Source: Gemmatales bacterium (lineage in GTDB: Bacteria; Planctomycetota; Planctomycetia; Gemmatales; HRBIN36). Taken from it: a DNA stretch of 64,000 nt. Under the pieces are notes generated by a model that saw only the letters and a list, made by a program, of their open reading frames with translations, did not search any database and was not told where the DNA came from. Positions 40,662-51,287 of the stretch are shown piece by piece; position 1 is the first letter of the stretch; every line of letters begins with the position of its first letter. The translations under genes and the position numbers were made by a program. The stretch is taken from NCBI GenBank assembly GCA_041640595.1, contig JBEPZY010000008.1, positions 8,484 through 72,483 on the forward strand, read 5' to 3'.

Positions 40662-41957
40662 ATGATCCTGACACTGAACTTGGCGCTTTGCTGCACGTTG
40701 TCCTGTACGCTGGCAGCGAGTGAAGCGGATATCTTTCTGCCGGTGCATGAGGGACGGGATGCATACGAACCAGCCATAGCGTACGGCGATGGAGTTTATC
40801 TCGTGGTATGGAAGTCGGGACATCTGGCGCCAGGGGATCTGCGCGATGGCGTGAAATACCAGGGCGATATTGTGGGCTGCCGTCTGGATAGCTCGGGACG
40901 ATTGCTCGATAAGCAACCGGTTGTGATATGCGCGGCAAAAGATTTGCAGGAACGGCCGCGTGTTGCCTTCGGCGGTGGAGTGTTTTTAGTGGTCTGGCAA
41001 GACCTGCGCAATGGCAAGGACTGGGACGTGTACGCTGCCCGCATTACTCCCCAGGGCCGCGTACTGGACGCGGACGGGTTTGTGGTGAGCAACGCCCGGC
41101 ACAGCCAAGCATTGCCCGATGTTAGCTGGGATGGCCAGAACTTTCAAGTTGTCTGGCAGGATTTTCGTTCGGGAAAAAATTATGCCATCTACGGTGCGCG
41201 AGTTTCTCCCGATGGGAAAGTGTTAGAGGAAAATGGCCGATTGCTCACTAACGTACCGGAACCGTACAGCCGTTATGCCCCCGTGGCAGCAAGCATTCCT
41301 CAACAAGGAACACTGGTGTTCTGGTTAGCTGGTGGACGAGTCGGGGCGAAAAGCGGCAGTCCTGCTGGAGTGGTAGCAGGGGCGCACCTGCTTCGTGAGG
41401 GAGTCCCTGGCGATCAAGCTGTGTACGAAAACAGCTCCCATCAATCCGGGCCCGGCGGACCGACGGGACATCCAACCTTCCCACTGGGGATTGCAGCCGG
41501 ACCGCAACGATATCTGGTAGCGTGGACAACCCAATTGCCGTATGGCCGAGGAAATGCTCCAAACGATTCCCAGGCAGCGTTGTTCGATAGCCAGGGGAAA
41601 CTGCGGAAGATGTTTCTGCTGACGCAAGACCCGTCGGTACGGATCAGCCACCCGCGAGCGGTCTGGGCTGGCCAAATGTTTTGGGTGGTCTGGCATCAAA
41701 TTATGCCCGAACGAAACCAGGGCAATCTTTATCCCTTTGAAGCGATTTTTGCAGCACAGGTAACTGAGGATGGCGAAGTAAGGAACCGTCAACGGCTGGC
41801 TGGAACTGAATCAGCGCCGGCTCAAAAAGCCGCTATCGCCAGTGACGGTCGAGGCCAGGTTGTTATCGTTTACGAGCAGCATCCTGATAAGCCGGAGGTT
41901 CCCATTCGTGTCGGAGTGCGCATTCTTCATGCGGGTAACGGAGGCGAACCTCAGTGA
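40662..41957 (+). CDS. Hypothetical secreted repeat protein (paralogue family A)
   Basis: Signal peptide; repeats of PxVAxxGxxFLVVWQDxRxGxDWDVYAARI. Confidence 0.85.
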   Translation: MILTLNLALCCTLSCTLAASEADIFLPVHEGRDAYEPAIAYGDGVYLVVWKSGHLAPGDLRDGVKYQGDIVGCRLDSSGRLLDKQPVVICAAKDLQERPRVAFGGGVFLVVWQDLRNGKDWDVYAARITPQGRVLDADGFVVSNARHSQALPDVSWDGQNFQVVWQDFRSGKNYAIYGARVSPDGKVLEENGRLLTNVPEPYSRYAPVAASIPQQGTLVFWLAGGRVGAKSGSPAGVVAGAHLLREGVPGDQAVYENSSHQSGPGGPTGHPTFPLGIAAGPQRYLVAWTTQLPYGRGNAPNDSQAALFDSQGKLRKMFLLTQDPSVRISHPRAVWAGQMFWVVWHQIMPERNQGNLYPFEAIFAAQVTEDGEVRNRQRLAGTESAPAQKAAIASDGRGQVVIVYEQHPDKPEVPIRVGVRILHAGNGGEPQ

Positions 41958-42112
41958 AGGAAAATTGCCCGATATTCTCCAGGCTTCAAACTGCTGGAGG
42001 ATGAACGCCATCTAGCCAAAAAGGAAGTCACACAACTGGTGCGGCAAAGACAGGGCGAAGGTAAGCGGAACCTCGCCCTTGATAGTAACCCCCCGATAGA
42101 AGGAGGTGTCAC

Positions 42113-43399
42113 ATGCGTAGCCGCTTGCTAACTCGGATGGGATGGATGGCCGTATGGGCCGGTACCTGCCTGGTCGCCACAGCAGCAGAGCCGATTGCTC
42201 CGGACCAATTCGACCAACTGCGGCAGAAGATCAAACCGCAGGCGGGTGAATCGCGGTTCTGGGAAATCCCCTGGCTGCTGAGCCTGGACGAGGCATTGGT
42301 CAAGGCAGCCCAGGAGGGCAAGCCGATATTCGTTTGGTCTGGAGCAGGCGGACCGCCGCACACCGTGTGCTGAGCTGCGGGTTCTGGCGGCCGTGAGCCG
42401 TGCCTGTGGACCGAGGAAATCGTCAACCTGCTCAAGGAAAAGTTTGTGTGCGTCTCTGTAGATGCCCGCCGCGAATGGGCTCGCAAAGATGCCATCGGGG
42501 AAATGGTCCGCAAAACCCAGTGTGTGACCATCACCGCTAACGGGAAAACCAGCGTCATTACCGCCGATGGCAAAAAACTGGGCGACGTTATGTGGATCAA
42601 CGAAAGGCTGCGCATGAACAGTTTGAAGAAAATCCTGGCCGCCTGGGAAGCCCTGCCGGAAGAGGAACGCAAACCTGGCCGGAAAGTGGATTATGGCCCG
42701 CCTGATCCCAACCGTCCGCTGGTTCGGCCACCGGAAGGCACCCTCATACTTGCAGGGCAATTCCGCCGGTTCATGCGGAATCCGGACGGAACGCTGCGTT
42801 ATACCGAACAAGCAGACTACAACCCCGGCGAAGGCCAGAACGGCTGGCAGCGCTTGCGCGAACCCGCCCAGGATATGATGTGGATTCCTGAGAAAGAATG
42901 GCGTGCCTTGATCCCCGAATCGCCTCAAACAGGGCAGAGTATGCCGGCACCGCCCTCGTTTGTGGCTCGCCTGGCTCGTTACCAGCTCGATCCGGAACGG
43001 GGTCTTGGCGAAAGCGTCAAATTCTTGAATGTGCAACCCAGGCTTGCTGAGCTCACCATCACCGTAGATGAGGTCAGCGAGAAAGAACTACGCCTTCGAC
43101 TAACCGGTCAGTTCGACCTGGCCGTCCGCGAGGCAAACAAGGAAATCGCCTACGCCCCAGCCATTCTGGGTTACGTCACCTACGACCGGCAGGCCCGGCG
43201 GATTACACGCTTCGACCTGCTGGCCTTCGGGGAAGCGAATAACTCGCCCCGCGGTCTGATCACTGGCAAATACTGGTTGGGGATTGTCTATGAGCTGGTA
43301 GAGAAGCCAACGGAAGCCCAGCTTGTCTGGCCTCGCGGTGCGCGGGACGGACTGGCCCAGTATCTCGATCCCAGGCCCCTTGTGAAGGCATCCAAATGA
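42113..43399 (+). CDS. Secreted thioredoxin-like protein with an in-frame TGA (candidate selenoprotein, C-U motif), 428 aa if read through
   Basis: ORFs 42113..42373 and 42446..43399 share a frame with only TGA 42371-42373 between them. The read-through product aligns collinearly with the uninterrupted neighbour 43396..44784, and a hairpin follows the TGA. Confidence 0.7.
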
Positions 43400-44784
43400 A
43401 GCTCGTGAACCGTCAGTCTCCCGACAACGTGCCCAGCCGCCTCTATCATCAGGCGTCTGCTGCACGTCTCTTGCACCTGAAAACAGGTCAGGCGGGTCGC
43501 TCTTTTACAACGACCCGCCTGATCCCTGCACTTGCCTTATGCACGTTGACGGTATGGGTGATCACCGGTACACATGGCATCTGCGAGGACAAGCGTGTTT
43601 CTCCTGCGGAGCTTTCGTGGCAAACTTTTGACCAGCTGCACCGCTTCATCAAACCTCAACCTGGTGAATGCCGATTCTGGGAAGTGGAGTGGGAACTCGA
43701 TGTTGCTGCGGCCAGGGCACGGGCTGCCAAGGAAGCAAAGCCCCTGCTGGTACTTTCTGGCCATCGGGGTTCGCCTTTGGGCAACTGTCGCTGGTCGGTG
43801 GCTGCCGCACGCGACCCCGAAGTCTGGAACGAGACCTTCACTCGTCTGATTCGGGAAAGGTGTGTCGCTGTTACCATTCCCGATGCAGGCACTGCCCGCA
43901 AACGCACCGATTCCACTGGTGCTTTCCTGATCAAGGCGAATGTCGGCCAGACGGCACTGACTTCCAATTTTTGCATGGACGTTGTGACAGCTACCGGAGA
44001 ACATCTGGGAAGAATTCCGTTCAACACTCCCGGGGTCGCTTTGAAGTCTCTGCAAAACGCTCTCGATAAGTTTGCCGCACTCCCGGAAGACCGCAGACGA
44101 GGCAATGTACCAGAAGAGCAATCCGCTATTCCCGGCCCACCACCGGGTACCCTGATACTCCGAATCTATCTTCGCCAGTTAGGACGCAACCCGGATGGCA
44201 CGTTGCGATACACCGAACCAGGGGACTATACCGACAAAACCCCGATGCGAAATCGCGCCTTGTGTCGGCAACCTTTCGATGACTACATGTGGGTTACAGA
44301 AAAAGAGTGGAAAGCTCTGATCCCGGCCGAACCGGCGCCCGGTATGAAAGTTGTCATCCCTGAGTCGTTGCAGTTGCGCCTGTTGCGCTATCACCTGAAC
44401 CCGCGAGTAGGATTCACCGAAGGGCCATGCTTTGCCAGGGCTACGCTGAAAGACGGCAGCCTTCACGCCAAAGTGGAACAAGTGACCAACGAAGAGCTCC
44501 ATCTTCGGATAGAAGGTTCGGCCAAGTTGCATTTGGGAGATGACTTGAGTTTTACACCCACCATTCTGGGAAAGTTGGTGTTTGACCGAGCCCGCAAGCA
44601 GTTCAGGCAGTTTGACCTGGTTGCATTGGGGGATGTAACGGGCCATATCCAGCATGGTGGCGGTGGCTTTCGACCAGGCGCTCAGCCATTGGGCATAGCT
44701 TTCGAACTGATAACCAAGCCCAGACCAACAGACTTCCTGCCACCCGGTGGCCCTGGCGACCCCGGTTATCTCGACCCGAAATGA
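43396..44784 (+). CDS. Paralogue of 42113..43399 without an internal stop
   Basis: Shared blocks FDQL..IKPQ.GE.RFWE, PP.GTLIL, RNPDGTLRYTE, D.MW..EKEW.ALIP, RY.L.P..G, FDL.A.G. Confidence 0.88.
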   Translation: MKLVNRQSPDNVPSRLYHQASAARLLHLKTGQAGRSFTTTRLIPALALCTLTVWVITGTHGICEDKRVSPAELSWQTFDQLHRFIKPQPGECRFWEVEWELDVAAARARAAKEAKPLLVLSGHRGSPLGNCRWSVAAARDPEVWNETFTRLIRERCVAVTIPDAGTARKRTDSTGAFLIKANVGQTALTSNFCMDVVTATGEHLGRIPFNTPGVALKSLQNALDKFAALPEDRRRGNVPEEQSAIPGPPPGTLILRIYLRQLGRNPDGTLRYTEPGDYTDKTPMRNRALCRQPFDDYMWVTEKEWKALIPAEPAPGMKVVIPESLQLRLLRYHLNPRVGFTEGPCFARATLKDGSLHAKVEQVTNEELHLRIEGSAKLHLGDDLSFTPTILGKLVFDRARKQFRQFDLVALGDVTGHIQHGGGGFRPGAQPLGIAFELITKPRPTDFLPPGGPGDPGYLDPK

Positions 44785-44855
44785 AGCCATCATCGCCAGC
44801 CCGCCCATCGTACTACCACGCCACGACATCCTGCCAGCAAGAAGGAGAATTGAGA

Positions 44856-45604
44856 ATGACGCAGCAGGGACCGACCATCAAGAGTTGGCAGTTCCGGAAG
44901 CTGAGGGGGCTACTGTTAGTGGCATTGTTTGCATTGGCGTCTGCGCTTGCGGGCGCCGCATTGGCCGCCGAGCCGACACAAAAGCGTTTTGTGATTGAGC
45001 ACTACGCATTAGCCGGTGCCGCGCTGTATGGTGCCATATTCTGGATGCTGCAGTCTGGGCCTTGGAGCTGGACAAAGCCCCCGCAATCACCGTGACATCG
45101 GAAGGTCCGCCGATCCACCCGGAGAGCACCCCCGCCTGGGCGATAGTCCGGTACACGTTCCCACCCCGCGAAAAACTTCCCGCGGTGACCGTTGTCTGGT
45201 ACCACGGCGGCAAGTTACCCCCGAAAGAGCTGGTTGGGGATTTCAAGTTGCCCAGTAACGGGTCGCTTTTCGTCGGCGAGAAAGGCAAACTGCTGGTTCC
45301 ACACGGTGGCTCATTACAGGTGTTCCCCCAGGAGCTTGGCGAAGAAGTGCAAAAGCTCCAATCCACCATTCCCGCACCTACCGCTGGTCATCATGGCGAA
45401 TGGCTGCAAGCCTGCAAAACCGGACAGGCGACAGGAAGCAATTTTGCCTACGCCGCCAGGTTGACTGAAATAGTCCAGTTGGGCAATGTTGCCTATCGTG
45501 TTGGAAAGGCCGTTGAGTGGGAAGTAGCTGCCATGAAAGCCAAAAATTGCCCCGAAGCCGAAGCTTTCGTTCGCCGTGACTATCGCAGGGGATGGACGCT
45601 TTGA
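44856..45604 (+). pseudogene. Deletion scar: signal-peptide N-terminus of a lost gene joined out of frame to the C-terminal part of a Gfo/Idh/MocA oxidoreductase
   Basis: MTQQ...ALAGAALAAEP start. From ~45030 another frame gives CHILDAAVWALEL...WYHGG...GSLFVGEKG...SNFAYAARLTEIVQLGNVA...YRRGW. No Rossmann N-terminus. Confidence 0.75.
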
Positions 45605-45660
45605 TCGGTCAGCAACACCGCAGGCACTCGCGACAAAGAGGACCAAGGAGGTAACTAAGC

Positions 45661-46977
45661 GTGAAGTACAGTCGTGTGGGGCTGGTGGCTGCATGTGGTT
45701 TGTGCTTGCCGTTTCTTCTGGCAATGACGGCTCTGGCAAATGGCCAGCCGCAGGTCGAGCGAGTCATCGAAGTGGCGCCGCGATGCCCAGGCACACGGTC
45801 GCAAACCTGGGCGAGCCTTGCCTGGTCGCCTCAATCTCAGTGCTGGCTGGTGGCTTGGCGCGAGGGCTACTTGAACGAGGAAGTTTCCGACATCTGGTGT
45901 GCCCGCATCAGTGCCGACGGAAAAGCGCTCGACCCCGCTGGCATCCGCATCACCAGCGGGCCAGGCCTGAAAGACAAGCCACAGGTTGCTTCCGACGGTA
46001 CTGACTTTTTGGTGGTTTGGGAGGATTTGCGCAACGGCCGAGATTGGGACGTGTACGCTGCTCGAATTACCGCCCAGGGAAAGGTGCTCGACGCCAATGG
46101 ATTTGTCGTAGCCGGTGGACAACACAACCAGTGCCGTCCCGATGTCGGCTTTGCCGCCGACTTTTATTTGGTCGTTTGGCAAGAGTTTGTCGGTGATGGT
46201 ACTCCCAACACGCCGGGCAACGCTTATGTAGTTCGGGGCAAACGCGTCAGCAGCAACGGTAAACCAGCGGACGACCAGCCCATCGAAATTGCCAGAATAG
46301 AAAAGGAATCCCACGCTCTCAATCCGGTACTCGCCTGTCAAGAGTCCACTGCCCTGGTCGGTTTCACGGTGCGTGCATTCGCATCGGGCAACGATTATTT
46401 CGCGCGTCGGCCGATTGATGTCGCTAGCGGACGTGTTCTCGGCCCAACTCCAGAACCATCCCGAAACTCAGCCAAGCCCCCTATCCATCTGCCCGCTTCG
46501 GAGGGGGAAGCGCCGCGTCGTGGTGTTCTGGCCATCAACAAAGCCGGTGCGGTTACCGTGCTGCACGACAAGGTACACGGGGCCCAAGTTTGGAAGATGG
46601 CTGCGGATGGAAAAGACCCCCAATTAGTGGCTCGCCTTGCTGCTCCGAACAAGCAGTCCCGCACCGACACAAGTTACCCTGTCTGTCGAGCACTCGCCAG
46701 CGATGGCAACACATTTTTGCTGCTAGCAGAATGGCCTCAATTGCGGCAGGATGGTCGGGTGCGCATGCAAGTGCGTGGCTGGCGACTGGGGCCTGATGCC
46801 AAACCGCAGGATGATGCCGATACGGGATTTATCCTGGCTGCTGATGAACGGCGCGACCAACTCTCGCCAGCCGTGGCTGCCGGGCCGCAAGGTATCTTTC
46901 TGGCAGTCTGGTCAGAACGCCGGGGTCCTGACGACATCAAAGTGGTAGCCCGGCGGGTTTTGCTCGACGCCAAATGA
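45661..46977 (+). CDS. Hypothetical secreted repeat protein (paralogue family A)
   Basis: Signal peptide; PQVASDGTDFLVVWEDLRNGRDWDVYAARITAQGKVLDANGF is nearly identical to a block in 40662..41957. Confidence 0.87.
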   Translation: MKYSRVGLVAACGLCLPFLLAMTALANGQPQVERVIEVAPRCPGTRSQTWASLAWSPQSQCWLVAWREGYLNEEVSDIWCARISADGKALDPAGIRITSGPGLKDKPQVASDGTDFLVVWEDLRNGRDWDVYAARITAQGKVLDANGFVVAGGQHNQCRPDVGFAADFYLVVWQEFVGDGTPNTPGNAYVVRGKRVSSNGKPADDQPIEIARIEKESHALNPVLACQESTALVGFTVRAFASGNDYFARRPIDVASGRVLGPTPEPSRNSAKPPIHLPASEGEAPRRGVLAINKAGAVTVLHDKVHGAQVWKMAADGKDPQLVARLAAPNKQSRTDTSYPVCRALASDGNTFLLLAEWPQLRQDGRVRMQVRGWRLGPDAKPQDDADTGFILAADERRDQLSPAVAAGPQGIFLAVWSERRGPDDIKVVARRVLLDAK

Positions 46978-47091
46978 TCGCCACTCGAACGGCAAGGCGT
47001 GCTGAGCAAAACGACTCGAATCCACCCTTTCTCGGGATTTCGTCGCGGTCAGGAGATTGGCCGCGATTGGGTAAAGTACAGGAGCGCAGAG

Positions 47092-48531
47092 ATGAGCGAA
47101 TCTCTAAGGGCATCTGACAAAACCGGTCTGGATTTCGATTCTCGCCCCTGCGCATCAGGATGTTCACCGAGGTCAAGTGGGGCGTTGTCTGCCGGTCTGG
47201 TGGGCATGGTGCTGGGCGGTTTCCTGAACCTATGCGGCCCGGGCGAGCTGGTCACTTATGCGGAAACCGCCGAGCCGAAGGTACAAGCTCGGCAGAATAC
47301 TCCACCGGCCTATGAGCATTTTGCCTTCTGTTGCGTGGAGGGCTACCTCGACGGACCGAGTAAGCAGGCGATGTCCTCGGTGACCAAAGCTGCCAGCGTG
47401 GACGATGAGGGAAACCTGTTCTTCGTCCCGGTACACGGCGATGGTGGCTTGCGTGTAGCGCGAATGGACGGCAAAGTGCAAACCATTGCCGGTGCCGATT
47501 ACTGGCAAGGATCACTCAGCGCGACCGAAGGGCCGGCTTCGTCCATTCCGCATCTGCAACGCGAGGGCGGCATTGGTACGCCCACTTCGACCTGCGTAGC
47601 GGTGGGCTCGCCTTTGAAGGATGACCCCGATGGTCAGCCTGCCGGTTACTTGCTCACCCGAGCCGGACACGGGACAGGTCTGGATAACGTCATTTACAAA
47701 GTCTGGCGTAATCCGACCCAGGGTGGCCGCTGGTGGTTCAAAGTCATCACCGGCACCGGTACCACTTATCCGCCGACACAAGTGGGACAATCCATCGAAG
47801 CCGCGAAGGCTCGTTTTCGGGTTCTACCATTCATCGCCAAACGCCGGCTTGCCCAGGGGAAAACCGAGGTGGTGTTCTACAGCGAAGGCAATGTCTGGGT
47901 TTACGATGACCAGCGTGGGACTCTAACCTGCATCCTCAGCGCTGCCCAGTACATGGGAGCAGAAATCTGGAAGCGTATTCATCCGCAAGGCAAACCAGTC
48001 ACACAGCCGCCCCGGAGAATGGCATTTCTGCCCGATGGCAGCTTTATCCTGAACACGTATCAGGAAACTTATCCGATTGGTTGCGTTCTGAAAGTTTCTG
48101 CCGACGGAAAAGAGGTGACCCTTTTGTGTACGAATGCGAAAGGGAGCGTGGACAAAGCTTTTGATGGCGATGCCTTGAAAGATGTGGCGTTTTTCGGCGG
48201 ACCGTTACTTGCTGGTGGTGTTTTTCCGCCCGATGTGATTGGTCTGGGTGCCGTAGATGATGCGCTACTTCGTCGGCTCTATCAGGGCCGGGTTGCCACG
48301 TTGTGCAAAGACGGGGAGTGGCGGGAGTTTCCGACCAAGCATGCAGCTGGCGGCGGTGAATTGACCTGGCGCCAGTGCCCACCGGATAAGGCACCAGCCT
48401 GGGGGCGCGGATGGATCATGGCTCCGGGAGGCTACTTCTACCAGCTGTATTGCATGGGAGGCGGGGACGCCTGGGTCTGGCGTGTCGGTCCGGTGGACTG
48501 GACTAAACCATCTATCCAGAAACTGCCGTGA
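47092..48531 (+). CDS. Hypothetical exported protein, possible NHL-like beta-propeller
   Basis: Long ORF with hydrophobic N-terminal segment, EGYLDGP and ASVDDEGNLFFV. Start uncertain (46999 or 47092). Confidence 0.75.
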   Translation: MSESLRASDKTGLDFDSRPCASGCSPRSSGALSAGLVGMVLGGFLNLCGPGELVTYAETAEPKVQARQNTPPAYEHFAFCCVEGYLDGPSKQAMSSVTKAASVDDEGNLFFVPVHGDGGLRVARMDGKVQTIAGADYWQGSLSATEGPASSIPHLQREGGIGTPTSTCVAVGSPLKDDPDGQPAGYLLTRAGHGTGLDNVIYKVWRNPTQGGRWWFKVITGTGTTYPPTQVGQSIEAAKARFRVLPFIAKRRLAQGKTEVVFYSEGNVWVYDDQRGTLTCILSAAQYMGAEIWKRIHPQGKPVTQPPRRMAFLPDGSFILNTYQETYPIGCVLKVSADGKEVTLLCTNAKGSVDKAFDGDALKDVAFFGGPLLAGGVFPPDVIGLGAVDDALLRRLYQGRVATLCKDGEWREFPTKHAAGGGELTWRQCPPDKAPAWGRGWIMAPGGYFYQLYCMGGGDAWVWRVGPVDWTKPSIQKLP

Positions 48532-48556
48532 GGCCTAAAGCGAAGGAGTGGCATCC

Positions 48557-49897
48557 ATGCGCACGAAAAGGCTTTACCTGGCTCTTTACCCGATCGTCCT
48601 TGCGGCTCTCGGAGTCGCTCTCTATTGGATTTGTGGCGGTGAAGCGAAGCCTGCGGATACTTCGCAGCCTTCAGTAACGGTGGGTCGCCCAGTGGATGTG
48701 GCCCCGAAAGTGCCGGGCAGTCGAGCCCAGACCTGGGCTTCCCTGGCCTGGTCCGCTGGTGCCAATGCCTGGCTGGTGGCCTGGCGGGAAGGATGCCTCA
48801 ACGAATCGGCCACAGAAATCTGGTGCGCTCGTGTGGATGCGAATGGGCGGTCGCTGGACCCGGCCGGTATTCGAATCGCAGCGGGAAATGGTCTGCGCAG
48901 CCACGTGAAAGTAGCCTCGGATGGAAACGACTGGTTAGTCGTATGGGCCGACCTGGGAAATGGAAACGACTGGGACATCTATGGCTGCCTGGTGAGTGCC
49001 AACGGTCAGCCCTGCGACAAACCGTTCCTTATCGCCGGCGGGCAGGACAATCAATGTCAGCCTGCCGTGGCTTACGCCGGCGATTCCTATTACGTAGTCT
49101 GGGCCGGCTTTAGCGGTTCCGGACTGCCAAACACGCCGGGCAACGGTTACGGCCTTTATAAATGCCGCGTTTCCAAACAAGGCCGGGTGCTGGATTCGCC
49201 CGTCGAGTTGGTAAGCAACAAATCGTACCAGGCGAGCCATCCAATGATAGCCGCGGGCAAGGACAAGCTCGCAGTCGTCTTCATGGAAACTACACACATC
49301 AAGTGGGGCAAGAATGTCCTGAACTATGTGATTCTCGACGCCCAAACAGGCAAAATAGTGGCCGGGCCTCTCCCTCCTAGCACCGGCAACAATGACCGCC
49401 TGCTGGGAAACAAGGTTACCGCTCGCTGGGTACCGGTAGCCGCCATCGGGGATATGTTCCTGACCCTGGTAAGAGATGTGGAGTCCTTCGGTGGACGAAA
49501 TCCTTACGCGCCAACCTTCTGGACGCTAACATCCTCAGGAACCCTCAAGAAAACCGGGCTCAGCGTGGATGCTCTTATGGCGTCGAGAGTCTATTACGCG
49601 CCAGGTCATGTTGCACTAGCCTCCGACGGCCAGCGCTTCCTGTATGTTTCCGAAAGCCCCAAGAGCCGCAAGGACGCTAACCAGATGCAGATGGGCATTG
49701 TCGGTTGGGTGATCAATCGCGAGGGCAATCAACTTCTAGCCGGTGCGAGTAAAGGGGGTTTCCCAATTGCCGATGAGCCAGGCAAGGAACACATTTTACC
49801 GGCCGTTTGTTCCGGCCCGCAGAACACCTTCCTGGTAGTCAATAGCGAATTACGCGGCATAGACGATCTGAAACTGGTCGCCCGCATCGTCAAATAA
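48557..49897 (+). CDS. Hypothetical secreted repeat protein (paralogue family A, closest to 45661..46977)
   Basis: VAPKVPGSRAQTWASLAWS...WLVAWREG.LNE...IWCAR...LDPAGIRI shared with 45661..46977. Confidence 0.87.
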   Translation: MRTKRLYLALYPIVLAALGVALYWICGGEAKPADTSQPSVTVGRPVDVAPKVPGSRAQTWASLAWSAGANAWLVAWREGCLNESATEIWCARVDANGRSLDPAGIRIAAGNGLRSHVKVASDGNDWLVVWADLGNGNDWDIYGCLVSANGQPCDKPFLIAGGQDNQCQPAVAYAGDSYYVVWAGFSGSGLPNTPGNGYGLYKCRVSKQGRVLDSPVELVSNKSYQASHPMIAAGKDKLAVVFMETTHIKWGKNVLNYVILDAQTGKIVAGPLPPSTGNNDRLLGNKVTARWVPVAAIGDMFLTLVRDVESFGGRNPYAPTFWTLTSSGTLKKTGLSVDALMASRVYYAPGHVALASDGQRFLYVSESPKSRKDANQMQMGIVGWVINREGNQLLAGASKGGFPIADEPGKEHILPAVCSGPQNTFLVVNSELRGIDDLKLVARIVK

Positions 49898-50009
49898 ATC
49901 CCCTGCCGCAGCTTAGCACGTAAAGCGAGTCTGCATCTGTGCGGCTGTGGTAGCACCTGTGGGATTTCTGACCACGAGCCAACACAGTTATGCGGGCCGT
50001 GTAATCCGA

Positions 50010-51287
50010 TCACGGGCCGAGGCGGTCTTTGCCGAGCCAGGGGCGTAAGGCTTCCGGCACGACTACGGAACCGTCCTGCTGCTGGTAGTTCTCCAGAATA
50101 GCGACGATGGCCCGGCTGACAGCAATGGCGGTGCCGTTGAGCGTGTGCACGAAGCGGGTGCCCTTCTGACCCGTCGGACGGTAGCGAATGTTAAGCCGGC
50201 GAGCCTGGTAATCGGTGCAGTTGGAAGTGCTGGTGACCTCCGCATACTCGCCGTGTTCGCCACGACCGGGCATCCACGCTTCCAGGTCGAATTTGCGGTA
50301 AGCCGGGCCGCCCAGTTCACCGGCACAGGTGTCCACTACCCGATAAGGAATGCCCAGTCCCTGAAACAGTTTCTCTTCGATGCGTAGAAGTTCCTGATGC
50401 CAGTGCTCGCTCTGTTCCGGTGTGCAGAAGACAAACATTTCCACTTTCGTGAACTGGTGCACGCGGAACAGTCCCCGGGTTTCCCGTCCTGGTGCGCCGG
50501 CTTCGGTACGGAAACAGTGCGACAGACCCACATAGCGAAGCGGCAGGCGTTTTTCTTCGAGAATCTGATCGCGGTGCATGCCGCCCAGTGTGATTTCCGC
50601 CGTGGCGATCAGGCACAAATCGGAGTTGGCAATACTGTATATCTGCGTCTCCGGGCCGCGGGGGATAAAACCGATTCCCTCGACAACTTCCGCTTTGGCC
50701 AGATCGGGAGTGATGATCGGCGTGAATCCTTCCGCCAGCAGCACGGAAAATGCGTACTGCACCAGAGCCAGTTCCAGCAAGGCACCCTCGTTTTTCAGGA
50801 AATAGAACTTCGGGCCGGTCACCGAGGACCCGGCTTCAAAATCTACCAGGTCGAGTTTTTCCGCGAGGGCCACGTGATCTTTGGGTCGGAAGGAAAAGCG
50901 GGGTGGTTCGCCCCAGGTGCGTATCACGCGGTTGTCTTCGGGGCGAGAGCCGGGCGGTGCATCGGGATGCGTCAGATTGGGAATGGTGTACAACACCGCT
51001 CGTAGGTCGGCTTCCACTTGCCGCAACTGTGCCTCCAACTCGCTGACTTTGGCGCGCAATTCTCGCCCTTCGTCAATGAGCTTTTGCCGACGCTGCGGGT
51101 CTTTTTCCGCACCGGTTTGTTTTTGCAATTCGTTCTGCCGCTGATGCAGTAACTGCACTTCGCGGGTCAGTTGCTTCCGCTGCTGATACAAAGCCACGGC
51201 TCGGTCAACGTCAGCGTGGACGTTGCGTCGGCGGCAATTTTCTTTCACCAGGTCGGCGTTTTCCGCGACAAATTGCGGATCGAGCAT
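50010..51287 (-). CDS. serS: Seryl-tRNA synthetase
   Basis: N-terminal coiled coil, LIATAE, CFRTEAG, RVHQFTKVE, STSNCTDYQARR, HTLNGT. Confidence 0.98.
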   Translation of the reverse strand: MLDPQFVAENADLVKENCRRRNVHADVDRAVALYQQRKQLTREVQLLHQRQNELQKQTGAEKDPQRRQKLIDEGRELRAKVSELEAQLRQVEADLRAVLYTIPNLTHPDAPPGSRPEDNRVIRTWGEPPRFSFRPKDHVALAEKLDLVDFEAGSSVTGPKFYFLKNEGALLELALVQYAFSVLLAEGFTPIITPDLAKAEVVEGIGFIPRGPETQIYSIANSDLCLIATAEITLGGMHRDQILEEKRLPLRYVGLSHCFRTEAGAPGRETRGLFRVHQFTKVEMFVFCTPEQSEHWHQELLRIEEKLFQGLGIPYRVVDTCAGELGGPAYRKFDLEAWMPGRGEHGEYAEVTSTSNCTDYQARRLNIRYRPTGQKGTRFVHTLNGTAIAVSRAIVAILENYQQQDGSVVVPEALRPWLGKDRLGP

